DNA from: Candidatus Dormiibacterota bacterium
GTDB taxonomy: Bacteria > Chloroflexota > Dormibacteria > Aeolococcales > Aeolococcaceae
Direction: 5' to 3'
Assembly (NCBI GenBank): GCA_003153125.1
Contig: PLWW01000123.1
Span: 10,463-65,293 of the forward strand
Length of the DNA stretch: 54,831 bases
Below are positions 9,236-18,667 of the stretch, piece after piece. The position numbers were made by a program, and so were the translations under genes. The notes under the pieces are model-generated. The model was not told the origin of the DNA. It saw only the letters and a list, made by a program, of their open reading frames with translations, and made no database searches. How positions within the stretch are numbered: the stretch's first letter is position 1; each line of letters opens with the position of its first letter.

Positions 9236-10464
9236 CCGACGCCGCGACGGCGGCGCGCTACAACGTGCGCCCCCTCCTGCCGGGCCCGCAGGAAGCCCTC
9301 CGTGATGCGGTGCTCCGTCTCGGGCTTCCCGCTGACCGGCTCACCGCGCTTGCCACCCACGGTGCAGTCGAGGCACTGGCGGTGCAGGGACTGTCGCCGG
9401 ACCTGACACGCGTCCTCGAGCGCGCCCTCCGTGAGGGCGGCGGCACCGTCCTCAGCGACGCAGACGGACGCCGCGCCCTGCTCCTCGGCCCCCTGATGAC
9501 CATGAGCCGGCTGCCCGCGGTCCTCTCCCAGTGGAGCGCCGCCGCGGAATCGCTCGGCGGCGCCATCGGAGACGCCCTCATGGCTCGCGGCGCGCCGCCT
9601 CCACCGCTGCGCGCGGGCGACCACGTCCTCGACTTCGGCGCGCGCACGCTGGTCATGGGCATCCTCAACGTCACCCCGGACTCCTTTGCGGGCGACTCGA
9701 TCTCCAACGACGCCGGCGCAGTCGTCGACCGCGCCCGCGGCTTCGTCGCCGCGGGCGCGGATCTCCTTGACATCGGCGGGGAGAGCACGCGCCCCAACGC
9801 GTCACCTGTCGACGCCACCGAGGAACTGGCCCGCGTCCTGCCCGCGGTGCGCGCCGTCTGCGCCGCCGTCGATGTCCCGGTGAGCATCGACACCCGCAAG
9901 TCGGAGGTGGCGCTGGCCGCGATCGCGGCGGGGGCTGTGATCGTCAACGACATCTGGGGGCTGCGTGGTGACCCGGCCATGGCGCAGGTCCTCGGCGCGC
10001 ACCCGCATGTGGCCCTCGTCGCCATGCACAACCAACGGGGCACGGACTACGACGACCTCATGGAGGACATCTGCGCGTCGCTGCGCGAGTCCGTTCGTCT
10101 CGCCCAGGAACACGGCGTCGGCGCCGAGCGCATCGTCGTCGACCCGGGCTTCGGGTTTGGCAAGACCCCAGCGCAGAATCTCGAGCTGATGCGCCGCCTG
10201 CGCGAGCTCGGCGGCCTCGGCCGGCCAGTGCTCCTCGGCCCGTCGCGGAAGTCCACCGTCGGCGCCATCCTCGGCGGCGTCGACCCGCGCGACCGTGTCG
10301 AGGGCACCCTGGCCCTGGTCGCCCTGGCCATCGATGCTGGCGTGAGCATGGTTCGCGTCCACGACGTGGCGGCGGTGGTGCGCGCCGCGCGCGTCGCCGA
10401 CGCGGTCGTGCGAGGCACCCCGGCGGCCGTCGCGGTGCTGCCGCGGCCCGGACCGACCGGTTGA
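9232..10464 (+). CDS. folP: Dihydropteroate synthase with an N-terminal extension
   Basis: MGILNVTPDSF, DIGGESTRP, DPGFGFGK, SRKS, RVHDV. Confidence 0.95.
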   Translation: MTDAATAARYNVRPLLPGPQEALRDAVLRLGLPADRLTALATHGAVEALAVQGLSPDLTRVLERALREGGGTVLSDADGRRALLLGPLMTMSRLPAVLSQWSAAAESLGGAIGDALMARGAPPPPLRAGDHVLDFGARTLVMGILNVTPDSFAGDSISNDAGAVVDRARGFVAAGADLLDIGGESTRPNASPVDATEELARVLPAVRAVCAAVDVPVSIDTRKSEVALAAIAAGAVIVNDIWGLRGDPAMAQVLGAHPHVALVAMHNQRGTDYDDLMEDICASLRESVRLAQEHGVGAERIVVDPGFGFGKTPAQNLELMRRLRELGGLGRPVLLGPSRKSTVGAILGGVDPRDRVEGTLALVALAIDAGVSMVRVHDVAAVVRAARVADAVVRGTPAAVAVLPRPGPTG

Positions 10465-10913
10465 CCAACACCGACGGCCCAACGGACACCGACGTGGCCT
10501 GGGTTGCGCTTGGTTCCAACCTCGGTCACCGGGGGCAGGCGCTGGCCCTGCTCCGCCGCCTGCTGGCGCGCGACGGGATGACGGTCGAAGCGGCGTCGAG
10601 CGAGATCCTCACACGGCCCATCGGGGTCACCGGTCAGGGCGATTTCCACAACCAGCTCCTGCGCCTGCGGGCCCCCCAACCGTGGCCGCCGCAGCGATGG
10701 CTGCGCCACTGCCGCGACGCGGAGAGGGACGCAGGGCGGCGCGACAGCTACCACTGGGGGCCGCGCCGCGCCGACGTCGACCTCGTCCTCCTCGGCGAGG
10801 CCGGTGACCTCGAGGTGTCGAAGCCGGGGCTCACCGTGCCCCACCCGGAGATCGCCAACCGCCCCTTCATCACCCGGTTGCTGAACGAGATCCGCGCCCC
10901 GTCCGGCCTGTAG
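10461..10913 (+). CDS. folK: HPPK pyrophosphokinase
   Basis: ALGSNLG, WGPRRADVDL, LTVPHP; overlaps the folP stop. Confidence 0.93.
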   Translation: MTNTDGPTDTDVAWVALGSNLGHRGQALALLRRLLARDGMTVEAASSEILTRPIGVTGQGDFHNQLLRLRAPQPWPPQRWLRHCRDAERDAGRRDSYHWGPRRADVDLVLLGEAGDLEVSKPGLTVPHPEIANRPFITRLLNEIRAPSGL

Positions 10914-10927
10914 GCCGCGGCGGAGCC

Positions 10928-11587
10928 TCAGATGGGGAGGCGATCGGCCAGCTGCGGAACGATGCGAAGCGCCGCCTGCACCTGGCGGGTGATCAGGAGG
11001 AGGTCGGGGGTGCGCTCGAAGTCGATGAGCCAGGAGTGCTCGGCGGTGAATTTCTCCACAAGCGTCGTCCGCCCCAGGGCGGCGAGGCCGATGTGCACCG
11101 AGGGGCGGTCGTCGTCGGGAAATGCCTTGCCGATCAACGTCTGCACCGTCTCCACCCAAGTCCCGACCTCGCCCACGTCCTGCAGCTCATAGCCGCCGTC
11201 GCCGAGCACGAACTCCGCCTCCACCTCGACGAAGGGCTGCGGGGCGAGGTGCTGGTGCGGGCAGTCCTGGGCGTCCTCCTCGTCGTGGTACAGCTCGCAG
11301 TCGGCGCCGCTCCCGTAGCTGGCGACGTAGGTCATCAGCGCGTCCCACGCGAAATTGATGTGGACGTGATAACGAGACGGCGGCTCCGATGGAGAGAGGC
11401 GCACCGTGCACTCGAAGCGGCGCTCGCCGATCCCAGGCTCCACGTGATGGCGGACGTCCTCGATGCTCAGGCCCGAGGCGTCGATCGCCTCGAGCAGGTC
11501 CGATGCGAACTCCTCGTACGACGGGAAGGGGGGGCGGGCCTGGGGCGAGTCGCTCGGCGGCGGACCTGCTCCCTGGTGCTGCGACAC
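10928..11587 (-). CDS. Acidic hypothetical protein
   Basis: GC3-rich ORF directly after the upstream small gene; no recognised family. Confidence 0.7.
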   Translation of the reverse strand: MSQHQGAGPPPSDSPQARPPFPSYEEFASDLLEAIDASGLSIEDVRHHVEPGIGERRFECTVRLSPSEPPSRYHVHINFAWDALMTYVASYGSGADCELYHDEEDAQDCPHQHLAPQPFVEVEAEFVLGDGGYELQDVGEVGTWVETVQTLIGKAFPDDDRPSVHIGLAALGRTTLVEKFTAEHSWLIDFERTPDLLLITRQVQAALRIVPQLADRLPI

Positions 11588-11857
11588 CTACAGTCCCAGC
11601 CGCAGCCGGCGCATGTACCGAACACCCACAACCAGGACATCGAGAACGAATAGGACGACGGCGACGACGGCGATCCAGAACACCAGTGGCGCCTCGGCCC
11701 CGGGCGTGCGCCAGTCGTAGACCGCGAGGACCGCGGCCAGGAACAGGCCGGCAGCGACGACAGCCATGGCGGCAACGTTGACGGCCACCAGCGGATCCGG
11801 GACGAGCCGCCCGTCCGCGGAGGGTTCGCGGGAACGCAGCATCGGCGGTGTGGGCAT
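11588..11857 (-). CDS. Small two-TM membrane protein
   Basis: Two hydrophobic helices and a basic C-terminus; sits between the response regulator and the acidic protein. Confidence 0.65.
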   Translation of the reverse strand: MPTPPMLRSREPSADGRLVPDPLVAVNVAAMAVVAAGLFLAAVLAVYDWRTPGAEAPLVFWIAVVAVVLFVLDVLVVGVRYMRRLRLGL

Positions 11858-11867
11858 CGGCGTCAGT

Positions 11868-12605
11868 CTACCGACCGTTCTCCGGGTGCGTACTCGTGAA
11901 CCGGTAGCCGATGCCGGGCACCGCGAGGATGTAGCGCGGCTGACCCGGGTCGGGCTCGATCTTGCGACGGAGGTTGCGCACGTGGACGTCGATGACGCGG
12001 GTGGCGATGGGGTGCTCGTACCCCCACACCGACGACAGAATGCGGTCCCGCGAGAGCACCTGCCCGGCATTGCCTGCGAGGAAGGCGAGCAGGTCGAACT
12101 CCGTGTGCGTCAGCGCCACTTCGTCCGCTCCGCGCACCACGCGCCGTTCGGCGGTGTCCACCGTCAGCCCCCGGAAGGCGAGACGCCTGCCCATGCCGGG
12201 GCGCGGCGTTGCCTCACTCGCCTTGCGGAGGTGCGCTGCCATGCGGGCGAGCAGTTCGCGGGGCCGGAAGGGCTTGTTGACGAAGTCGTCGGCGCCGATT
12301 TCCAGGCTGAGCACGACGTCGATCTCGTCGTGCTTGGCGGAGAGGATCAGCACGGGAACGCGGTGGCCCGCGCGACGGATCTCGCGGCAGACGTCGAATC
12401 CGCTGACGTCGGGCAGCATGAGGTCGAGAAGAACGAGGTCGGGGTGCGCCTCATCGAATGCGGCGAGCACGCCGGCACCGCGGTCGAGCTCGGCCACCGC
12501 GTAGCCCTCTGCCTCGCAGGTCAGGCGGATCGCCTTGCGGACCAGCTCGTCGTCCTCGACGACCAGCACTGTGGGCTGACGAGCATCCAACGTATGATCC
12601 TTCAC
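11868..12605 (-). CDS. OmpR/PhoB family response regulator
   Basis: VVEDD, LLDLMLP, KPF, VIDVHVRNLRRKIE, VPGIGYRF. Confidence 0.95.
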   Translation of the reverse strand: MKDHTLDARQPTVLVVEDDELVRKAIRLTCEAEGYAVAELDRGAGVLAAFDEAHPDLVLLDLMLPDVSGFDVCREIRRAGHRVPVLILSAKHDEIDVVLSLEIGADDFVNKPFRPRELLARMAAHLRKASEATPRPGMGRRLAFRGLTVDTAERRVVRGADEVALTHTEFDLLAFLAGNAGQVLSRDRILSSVWGYEHPIATRVIDVHVRNLRRKIEPDPGQPRYILAVPGIGYRFTSTHPENGR

Positions 12606-12764
12606 AACTCTTGATCGCCTCCCGATTCTAGGGGCGTCGAGCTGATTTGCAGAGATCGCGGCGAACTGGCCGCAACGTTGGGCGGTTGATACTATACGGC
12701 CGATTTCGGGGTCGTCTGCCTCGCCTCTGGAGATCAGGACCGCCCGTTACAGGAGTCACCTCAA

Positions 12765-14081
12765 GTGCAGACCCAGGGTTCGCTGCAGGAGTCCGATCTC
12801 GCTTCGCTGCTGCAGACGATGCAGTCGGAGCGGGCCACCGGCACGCTCAGCCTGGAGGCGGGCGCAGAGAGCTGCTCCCTCTTCTTCCTGTTCGGTCACC
12901 TCTTTCACGCCACCGGCCCTGAGGGAGACGGCGAGGCCGTGGTGCTGCGCGCACTGTCCTGGACCGGCGGGAACTACCACTTCGATCCGCGCGCCAAGCT
13001 GCCCGCCGAGGAGACCATCAAGTCGTCGCCTGTGGAGTTGATCGCAGCCGCCGAGGACGCGGATCAGCCCGCCGCCGTGACCGCAGGCATCGCATCGGCC
13101 ACGCCGTCCTTCCACACCATCGAAGGCCAGGCTTCCGGTGTCGGCGACGGAGGCGGGGGCAGCACGCCCGAACCGTCGATCTGGAACCCCGTTGCGTCGG
13201 CGTCGGATCAGTCGCCAGACACCTCGGCAGCCTGGACAGCCCCGCAGCCCGAGCAGGCGCCGGAGCCGGCCACGATCGACTCCTGGAGCACTGGCAAGCC
13301 CGCGCCCGAGACCGCCCCCGCGTACGCCCCGGCTGAGTTCTCCCCGACGTACGCGCCTGTGACGCCGGCCCCCGTTGCCGCGCCGTCCCGGCAGTCCGGC
13401 ACGGAACGCACCAGGCCGGCGGCCTCCGGCGGCCCCGCCGGCGCCGCTCGGACAAGTTCCATGGGCAGCCTGCCCATCCCTTCCGGCCACGTGCAGTACG
13501 AGGGCCTGAAAAGCGCCTTCGTCGACTTCCCGCGCCTTCTGCGGACGCTCCGAGGCGACCGTCACACCGGTTTCATCAGGCTGAGCAGCGGTGCGGCAAC
13601 GGGCGTCCTCCTCTTCCGTGACGGCGAGGTTGTCGACGCCGAGGCCGGTGGTGACGATCCCTCGCACGGGGAGGAGGCCTTCGGCATCTTCCGCCGCCAG
13701 ATGGACACCGGCGAGGGGCTCCTCGACGTCGTCGACGTCGACGTCGACACGGTGACGTCGGTGGCGCGCCTGCTCACCGGTCCGCCGCTGTTCACCGGGC
13801 TCCTGGCCCGCTTTGTCAACTTCCCCGCCCTGCTCGAGTACCTCGCCGAGGAGAAGCTCGACGGTTCGGTGATCGTGGCGGGTGACGACCAGACGGGGGT
13901 CATCCTTCTCAAGCAGGGGGGCGTGCTGGCCGCCTACACGGCGCAGTCGCCTGCCCCGCAGACGAACACCGAGGCGGTGGCCGCCCTGGCATCGGAGCGC
14001 TCCGCTCACATCGAGGTGCGCGGTGACGACACGTCGCGCGAGGCCATCGACGCCGAGGCGCTACTGTCCCGGCCCTCCTAG
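12765..14081 (+). CDS. DUF4388/PATAN-like multi-domain protein
   Basis: QGSLQESDLASLLQ...TGTL...LFF..G.LFHA N-terminal domain, P/A/S-rich linker, two similar C-terminal repeats; SD AGGAG. Confidence 0.75.
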   Translation: MQTQGSLQESDLASLLQTMQSERATGTLSLEAGAESCSLFFLFGHLFHATGPEGDGEAVVLRALSWTGGNYHFDPRAKLPAEETIKSSPVELIAAAEDADQPAAVTAGIASATPSFHTIEGQASGVGDGGGGSTPEPSIWNPVASASDQSPDTSAAWTAPQPEQAPEPATIDSWSTGKPAPETAPAYAPAEFSPTYAPVTPAPVAAPSRQSGTERTRPAASGGPAGAARTSSMGSLPIPSGHVQYEGLKSAFVDFPRLLRTLRGDRHTGFIRLSSGAATGVLLFRDGEVVDAEAGGDDPSHGEEAFGIFRRQMDTGEGLLDVVDVDVDTVTSVARLLTGPPLFTGLLARFVNFPALLEYLAEEKLDGSVIVAGDDQTGVILLKQGGVLAAYTAQSPAPQTNTEAVAALASERSAHIEVRGDDTSREAIDAEALLSRPS

Positions 14082-15879
14082 CATCGGGACCACGTCCGTC
14101 CCGGCCCGCCCGGGACGGCTGCGCCAGGTTGTCCGGCTCTTCACGGGCGGACTGATCTCAGCGACGCTCGCCCTGATCCTCACCGCCTGCTTCTCCGCGC
14201 CCCCTCAGATCATCTCGCTCGAGCCCAATCGCGGCTCCACGTCCGTCGCAGCCGACGCGCCGGTGCGGGTGGTCTTCGACCGCCCGGTGACGCGCTCCAG
14301 CCTGGTCGGCCGGTTCACAGTCACGGCGACCTTCGGAGGGCAGAACGTCAGCCCGGCCATCCCCGGGTGCGACTTCACCACCGTGTTCGCGGCGAGCGCG
14401 AACGCGCCGTGCTGGATCCACTGGCTTGACCCGGAGCCGGGATTCGAGCTGATGCACCCGGCGGCGGTGTTCCGCGCGGCGACGCAATACCACTTCACCC
14501 TGGCCGGCGGGTTCTCCGATGCGCAGGGGGACCGCAACGGACTTGACCACCATTGGGATCTGGCCACGGCGGCGGCGCCGGCGCTGGCGGTGGCCACGCC
14601 CGGCGATCGTGCCACCGACACCGCCGTGGACGCGCGCCTGGCGGTGGCCTTCTCCGCGCCCATGGACGCGAGCACGACCGCAGCCGCGATCACCCTGACG
14701 CCGTCGATCAGCGGAACCAGGGTTGTGCGCAACTCGGTCGACCACAGCCGGTTCGTGATCCTGCCCGGCCAGCTGCTCCAGCCTGACGTCAGCTACACGA
14801 TCAGCGTCAGTCGCAAGGCGCGCGGCGACGACCAGCAGTTCATCGCCGCCGCTGCGGCCGTCCACTTCACGACGGGGTTCCGCATGGAGGCCGTCCATGC
14901 CGTGGTGCTCGCCGGGAAGCAGGGCGAGAACTCCACCGAGGTGCTCCTGCCGGCCCTCGCCCGGGGCGCCCCCGGCGAGCCGATCGCCGCCCCGGTGCTC
15001 CTCCAGGCGGAGCGTTGCTCGATCATCTCGGGCTGTGGGACCCTGCCCTTCGAGGCACCCCTCCAGACCTACTCCGCGGCCTCCACCGCTCCCGATGGAA
15101 CACACGTCGCCGTGGTCGTCAGCGACAACCTCACCTCGACCTCGTCGCTCGAGGTGATGGACACCGTGCGCGGCGCAGTCCTTGCGGACATCCCCAACGG
15201 AACCCTGCCGTCGTGGTCGCCCGACGGAACGCGGGTGGCGCTCGCGGCCGGCTCCGCGGTCGACCTTTTCGACGTGCGCTCCCAGAGCCTGTCCACCGTC
15301 GCCACCGCCTCGGCGTTGCGCACGGCGGCGCTGTGGGCGGGGAGCACCACGCTGGTGCTGAGCGCGGCCGCGGAGGCCGGGACACAATCGGCGGTGGAGT
15401 TCGTCGACCGGGCCCTGGGCGCGCGTTACGAGCTCCCCGGTGCGCCGGCGGCGTCGACGGCGGTGGCGGTGTCGCCGGCCGGCAGCCGCATCGCCCTGGC
15501 CACAGCCGACGGCGGGGTGGTGGTGACGCCGGCGCCGGGAGCACCGGGCAGCGCGCAGCGCCTGACCGGTCATCTGCAGGCTCTCGGGTTCGCCGGGGAG
15601 GGAGCGCTGGTCGCGGTCAGCAGGACCGGTGAGACCCTGCAGCTGGTGCGCATCAGCGTGGTCGGCGCCGACCACACCTCGGTGACCCTGGGCATCGGGA
15701 CGACCGACCTGCAGAGCGTTCGCGTGACCCAGGATGGGCGGCGGCTCGTCTGCCTCGCTGTCGATACGCTCGGTGTCCAGCAGGCGTACGTCGCCGACGC
15801 CGACGGGACCGGCGAGGTGGCCATGACCGGCTTCGCGGTGGGCGGCCTGGAGGCACAGGCGATCGACCTCTCGATATGA
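14023..15879 (+). CDS. Lipoprotein with two Big_5 Ig-like domains and a TolB-like propeller
   Basis: Lipobox LTAC; VVFDRPV and VAFSAPMD Ig motifs; WSPDG-type repeats. Start uncertain (GTG 14023). Confidence 0.75.
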   Translation: MTTRRARPSTPRRYCPGPPSIGTTSVPARPGRLRQVVRLFTGGLISATLALILTACFSAPPQIISLEPNRGSTSVAADAPVRVVFDRPVTRSSLVGRFTVTATFGGQNVSPAIPGCDFTTVFAASANAPCWIHWLDPEPGFELMHPAAVFRAATQYHFTLAGGFSDAQGDRNGLDHHWDLATAAAPALAVATPGDRATDTAVDARLAVAFSAPMDASTTAAAITLTPSISGTRVVRNSVDHSRFVILPGQLLQPDVSYTISVSRKARGDDQQFIAAAAAVHFTTGFRMEAVHAVVLAGKQGENSTEVLLPALARGAPGEPIAAPVLLQAERCSIISGCGTLPFEAPLQTYSAASTAPDGTHVAVVVSDNLTSTSSLEVMDTVRGAVLADIPNGTLPSWSPDGTRVALAAGSAVDLFDVRSQSLSTVATASALRTAALWAGSTTLVLSAAAEAGTQSAVEFVDRALGARYELPGAPAASTAVAVSPAGSRIALATADGGVVVTPAPGAPGSAQRLTGHLQALGFAGEGALVAVSRTGETLQLVRISVVGADHTSVTLGIGTTDLQSVRVTQDGRRLVCLAVDTLGVQQAYVADADGTGEVAMTGFAVGGLEAQAIDLSI

Positions 15880-15916
15880 CCGGCGCCGCCTCGTGCTTGA
15901 GTAGGCTGCAACGCAC

Positions 15917-17077
15917 GTGGCCATCCCCCTCCTCTTCCTCATCGCCGACACGGGCGGCGGGCACCGCGCCGGCGCCACCGCTGTCGCACGCCGGCTCGAG
16001 CTCGACTGCCCCGGGGAGTTCGACGTGCACATCGTTGACCCCACCGCCGTGGCCTCACCAACCCTGCTGAGCCGCACCGCCGACCTGTACTCACCGCTGA
16101 TCCATCACGCGCGATGGGTGTGGGCGGCGCTCTACCACGCCACCAACTCCGCCCCTGCCGTGGCCGTCATCCGCGCCTCGGCACTGCGCTCGCTGGGTCG
16201 CGCGCTGCGTCAGCTCCTGGCATCGTTGCGCCCCGCCGCTGTGGTGTCCTTCCATCCACTGCTCAACCACGTCAGCGCGGCCGTGGTCCGCGAGGACGGA
16301 GTGTCGCGGGTCCCCGTGATCACGGTGATCACCGACCTCGTCGACGTGCACGCGGGGTGGGCGTGCCGTGACATCGACGCGGTGGTGATCCCCTCCCCCG
16401 GTGGACTGGATCGATGCCGGAGGGCGGGGATACCCGCAGCCCGCTGCCACCAGCTGGGGCTGCCCGTCGACTCGGCCTTCGCTCGACCCTTCCCCGACGA
16501 CGCGGAGCGCAGCGCCCTGAGGCGCCGGCTGGGGCTCGACGAGGAGCGCTTCACCGTCCTGGTGTGCGGTGGTGCGGACGGCTCCGGGTCACTGCCGGTG
16601 CGCGCTCGCGCCATCGCCGGGTCCGGGCTCCCCATCGGGCTCGCGGTGATCTGCGGTCGCAACCGGCGCGCCCACACCCAGCTCGCGGGGCTGCGCGCCG
16701 CCGGTGGGAGAGCCGTGCCGGTCATGGGATTCGTCGACAACATGGCCGAGTGGATGCGCGCCGCCGACCTGGTGGTCACCAAGGCCGGCCCCGGCACGAT
16801 CAGCGAGGCGCTCTGCTCCGGGCTGCCCATGCTCCTCACCTGGTACATCCCCGGCCAGGAGCGGGGCAACCTCGAGTGGGTGGTCGACATCGGCGCCGGC
16901 CGCTACGTCCCGGGCGCTCGTGAACTGGTCGACGCCCTGGCCGAGCTCTCCCTCCCAGGGTCGCCCGGCCTCGCCGCGATGCGCTCCGCCGTGGCCGAGG
17001 TGGCGAGGCCCGACGCGACCAGACGGATCGCGGCACTCATCGCGGACATGGCGCGGACGGCGCCGGTGCAAGGATGA
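15917..17077 (+). CDS. MGDG synthase/UgtP-like diacylglycerol glycosyltransferase (GT28)
   Basis: DTGGGH, TVITD, VTKAGPGTISEA, PGQERGN. Confidence 0.88.
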   Translation: MAIPLLFLIADTGGGHRAGATAVARRLELDCPGEFDVHIVDPTAVASPTLLSRTADLYSPLIHHARWVWAALYHATNSAPAVAVIRASALRSLGRALRQLLASLRPAAVVSFHPLLNHVSAAVVREDGVSRVPVITVITDLVDVHAGWACRDIDAVVIPSPGGLDRCRRAGIPAARCHQLGLPVDSAFARPFPDDAERSALRRRLGLDEERFTVLVCGGADGSGSLPVRARAIAGSGLPIGLAVICGRNRRAHTQLAGLRAAGGRAVPVMGFVDNMAEWMRAADLVVTKAGPGTISEALCSGLPMLLTWYIPGQERGNLEWVVDIGAGRYVPGARELVDALAELSLPGSPGLAAMRSAVAEVARPDATRRIAALIADMARTAPVQG

Positions 17078-18240
17078 GCGCGCAACTCCTGCCCGTGCTG
17101 ACGACCGGCGCCTGCAGTGTCCAACGCCTGCGCATCTTCGCGTTCCGCAACTACGTCGAGCAGTCAGTGGAGTTCGGCAGCGGCCTGAACGTCGTCGGCG
17201 GCAGCAACGCCCAGGGCAAGACCAATCTGCTGGAGGCGGTGGCGACCCTTCTCCTGACGCGCTCTCCGCGTGCCGCCGGCTCGGCAGACGTGCTCGCCTG
17301 GGGCAGTGATGAGGCACTCCTCGAGGCACGCGTTCTCCGGCCCGCCGCGGACCGCACCATGGCCGTGCGCTTTCGCCGCGACCCGATGTCCGGCAGGGTG
17401 ACCCGGTCAGCGACCGTCGACGGCAGCCCACGCCGTGCCCGCGACCTGCTCGGCCTTTGCCCGGTGGTGCTCTTCTGGCCTGAGGACCTGCAACTGGTCA
17501 AGGCCGGCCCGGAGGGGCGACGGCGGCTCCTCGACATGGTTCTTGCTCAGCTCGACCAGCGGGCAGCGCTCGACCTGCTCCGCTTCCGCCACGTCCTCGA
17601 GCAGCGCAACGCACTGTTGCGCCAGGTCCGCGCGGGCACCACGCCCTCCGAGGCCCTGGACGGCTTCACGCGTGAGTTGGTCAGCAGTGGAGCCCGCATC
17701 CAGGTGGCGCGCGCCGAGTTGGTGCGCTCTCTCGCTCCCCACGCCCGTGCGGCCCTCGCCCAGATCGGGGGTGGCGAGGAGCTCGGCCTGCGCTACCTGC
17801 CGGACGGCGGCATGGACCCTGATGGTGACGCGGTCGCCGCCGAGACAGCCCTGGCCGCCACCCTCGCCCAGCGACGTCTGGAGGAGCTGGCGCGCGGAGC
17901 CACACTCGCGGGCCCGCATCGCGACGATCTCGAACTGCTGATCGGCGGCCGGCCGGCGCGCAGCGCGGCGTCGCAGGGTCAGCAGCGAAGCATCGTGCTG
18001 GCCCTCAAACTTGCCGAGGTGCGTCACATCGCCGTCCATGCCTCCGTGATGCCGGTCCTGCTCCTCGACGACGTGCTCAGCGAGCTCGACCCGCAGAGGC
18101 GACGCGATCTCATCGCCGGTCTCGCCGACGCCGGGCTGCAGACGCTGATCACGTCCAGCGAGCCGCTGCCCGGCGTGCTCCCACCGGGAACGCGCCGCTT
18201 CGAGGTCGCCAGCGGCCGCGTTGCCGTCGCGGAGAGCTGA
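17074..18240 (+). CDS. recF: DNA replication/repair protein RecF
   Basis: FRNY, GSNAQGKTN, GPHRDDL, SQGQQRS, LLLDDVLSELD. Confidence 0.96.
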   Translation: MSAQLLPVLTTGACSVQRLRIFAFRNYVEQSVEFGSGLNVVGGSNAQGKTNLLEAVATLLLTRSPRAAGSADVLAWGSDEALLEARVLRPAADRTMAVRFRRDPMSGRVTRSATVDGSPRRARDLLGLCPVVLFWPEDLQLVKAGPEGRRRLLDMVLAQLDQRAALDLLRFRHVLEQRNALLRQVRAGTTPSEALDGFTRELVSSGARIQVARAELVRSLAPHARAALAQIGGGEELGLRYLPDGGMDPDGDAVAAETALAATLAQRRLEELARGATLAGPHRDDLELLIGGRPARSAASQGQQRSIVLALKLAEVRHIAVHASVMPVLLLDDVLSELDPQRRRDLIAGLADAGLQTLITSSEPLPGVLPPGTRRFEVASGRVAVAES

Positions 18241-18527
18241 TGGAGCGCCTCTCCGAGCTCATCGACCCGGCCCTGCGCGGCCTCGGCGTGCGCGGCCGCG
18301 TCCGCGAGGTGCAGGTCCGGGACATCTTCAACGAGGTGGTGGGTCCGGCACTTGCGCCGATGTGCCGGGCGATCACCCTGGAGCGCGGCGTGCTGCTCGT
18401 GGGTGTTGCCAACACCTCGCTCAGCCACCAGCTCCATCTCGACTCGGTGCGCCTGGTCGCACTGCTCAACGAGCGACTCGGGGCAGCTGCGGTTCGCCGC
18501 CTGCGCTTCACCACCATGGACCCGTGA
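18240..18527 (+). CDS. DciA/DUF721 family protein
   Basis: About 95 aa, directly after recF; EVVGP..A...GVLLVGV...QL...LN..LG pattern. Confidence 0.8.
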   Translation: MERLSELIDPALRGLGVRGRVREVQVRDIFNEVVGPALAPMCRAITLERGVLLVGVANTSLSHQLHLDSVRLVALLNERLGAAAVRRLRFTTMDP

Positions 18528-18660
18528 ACGCCGACGCCCAGGTGCAGGCCGACCCGCGCCGTTGGAAGGCCCCTGCTTCGGCCTCGTCTTCCTGATGATC
18601 TTCGCCCTGCCCCGGCCGCAGACGTTGTACCGACCGCGGGGCGGCAGGGGCGGCCACTGA
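18524..18660 (+). pseudogene. Remnant of an internally deleted DHA2-type MFS transporter
   Basis: GTG-start NADAQVQADPRRWKA joined out of frame to CFGLVFLMIFALPR-stop; these resemble the two termini of such transporters. Confidence 0.45.
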
Positions 18661-18667
18661 GCGGTGC

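Noticed and set aside
13726-13750. Tandem GTCGAC repeats
   Set aside because: They encode DVVDVDVD in frame and are explained by codon usage; not a CRISPR or regulatory repeat.
15917-17077. GT28 enzyme as the missing sulfolipid synthase
   Set aside because: Its motifs are MGDG/UgtP-type rather than GT4 SqdX, and it is about 30 kb from sqdB.
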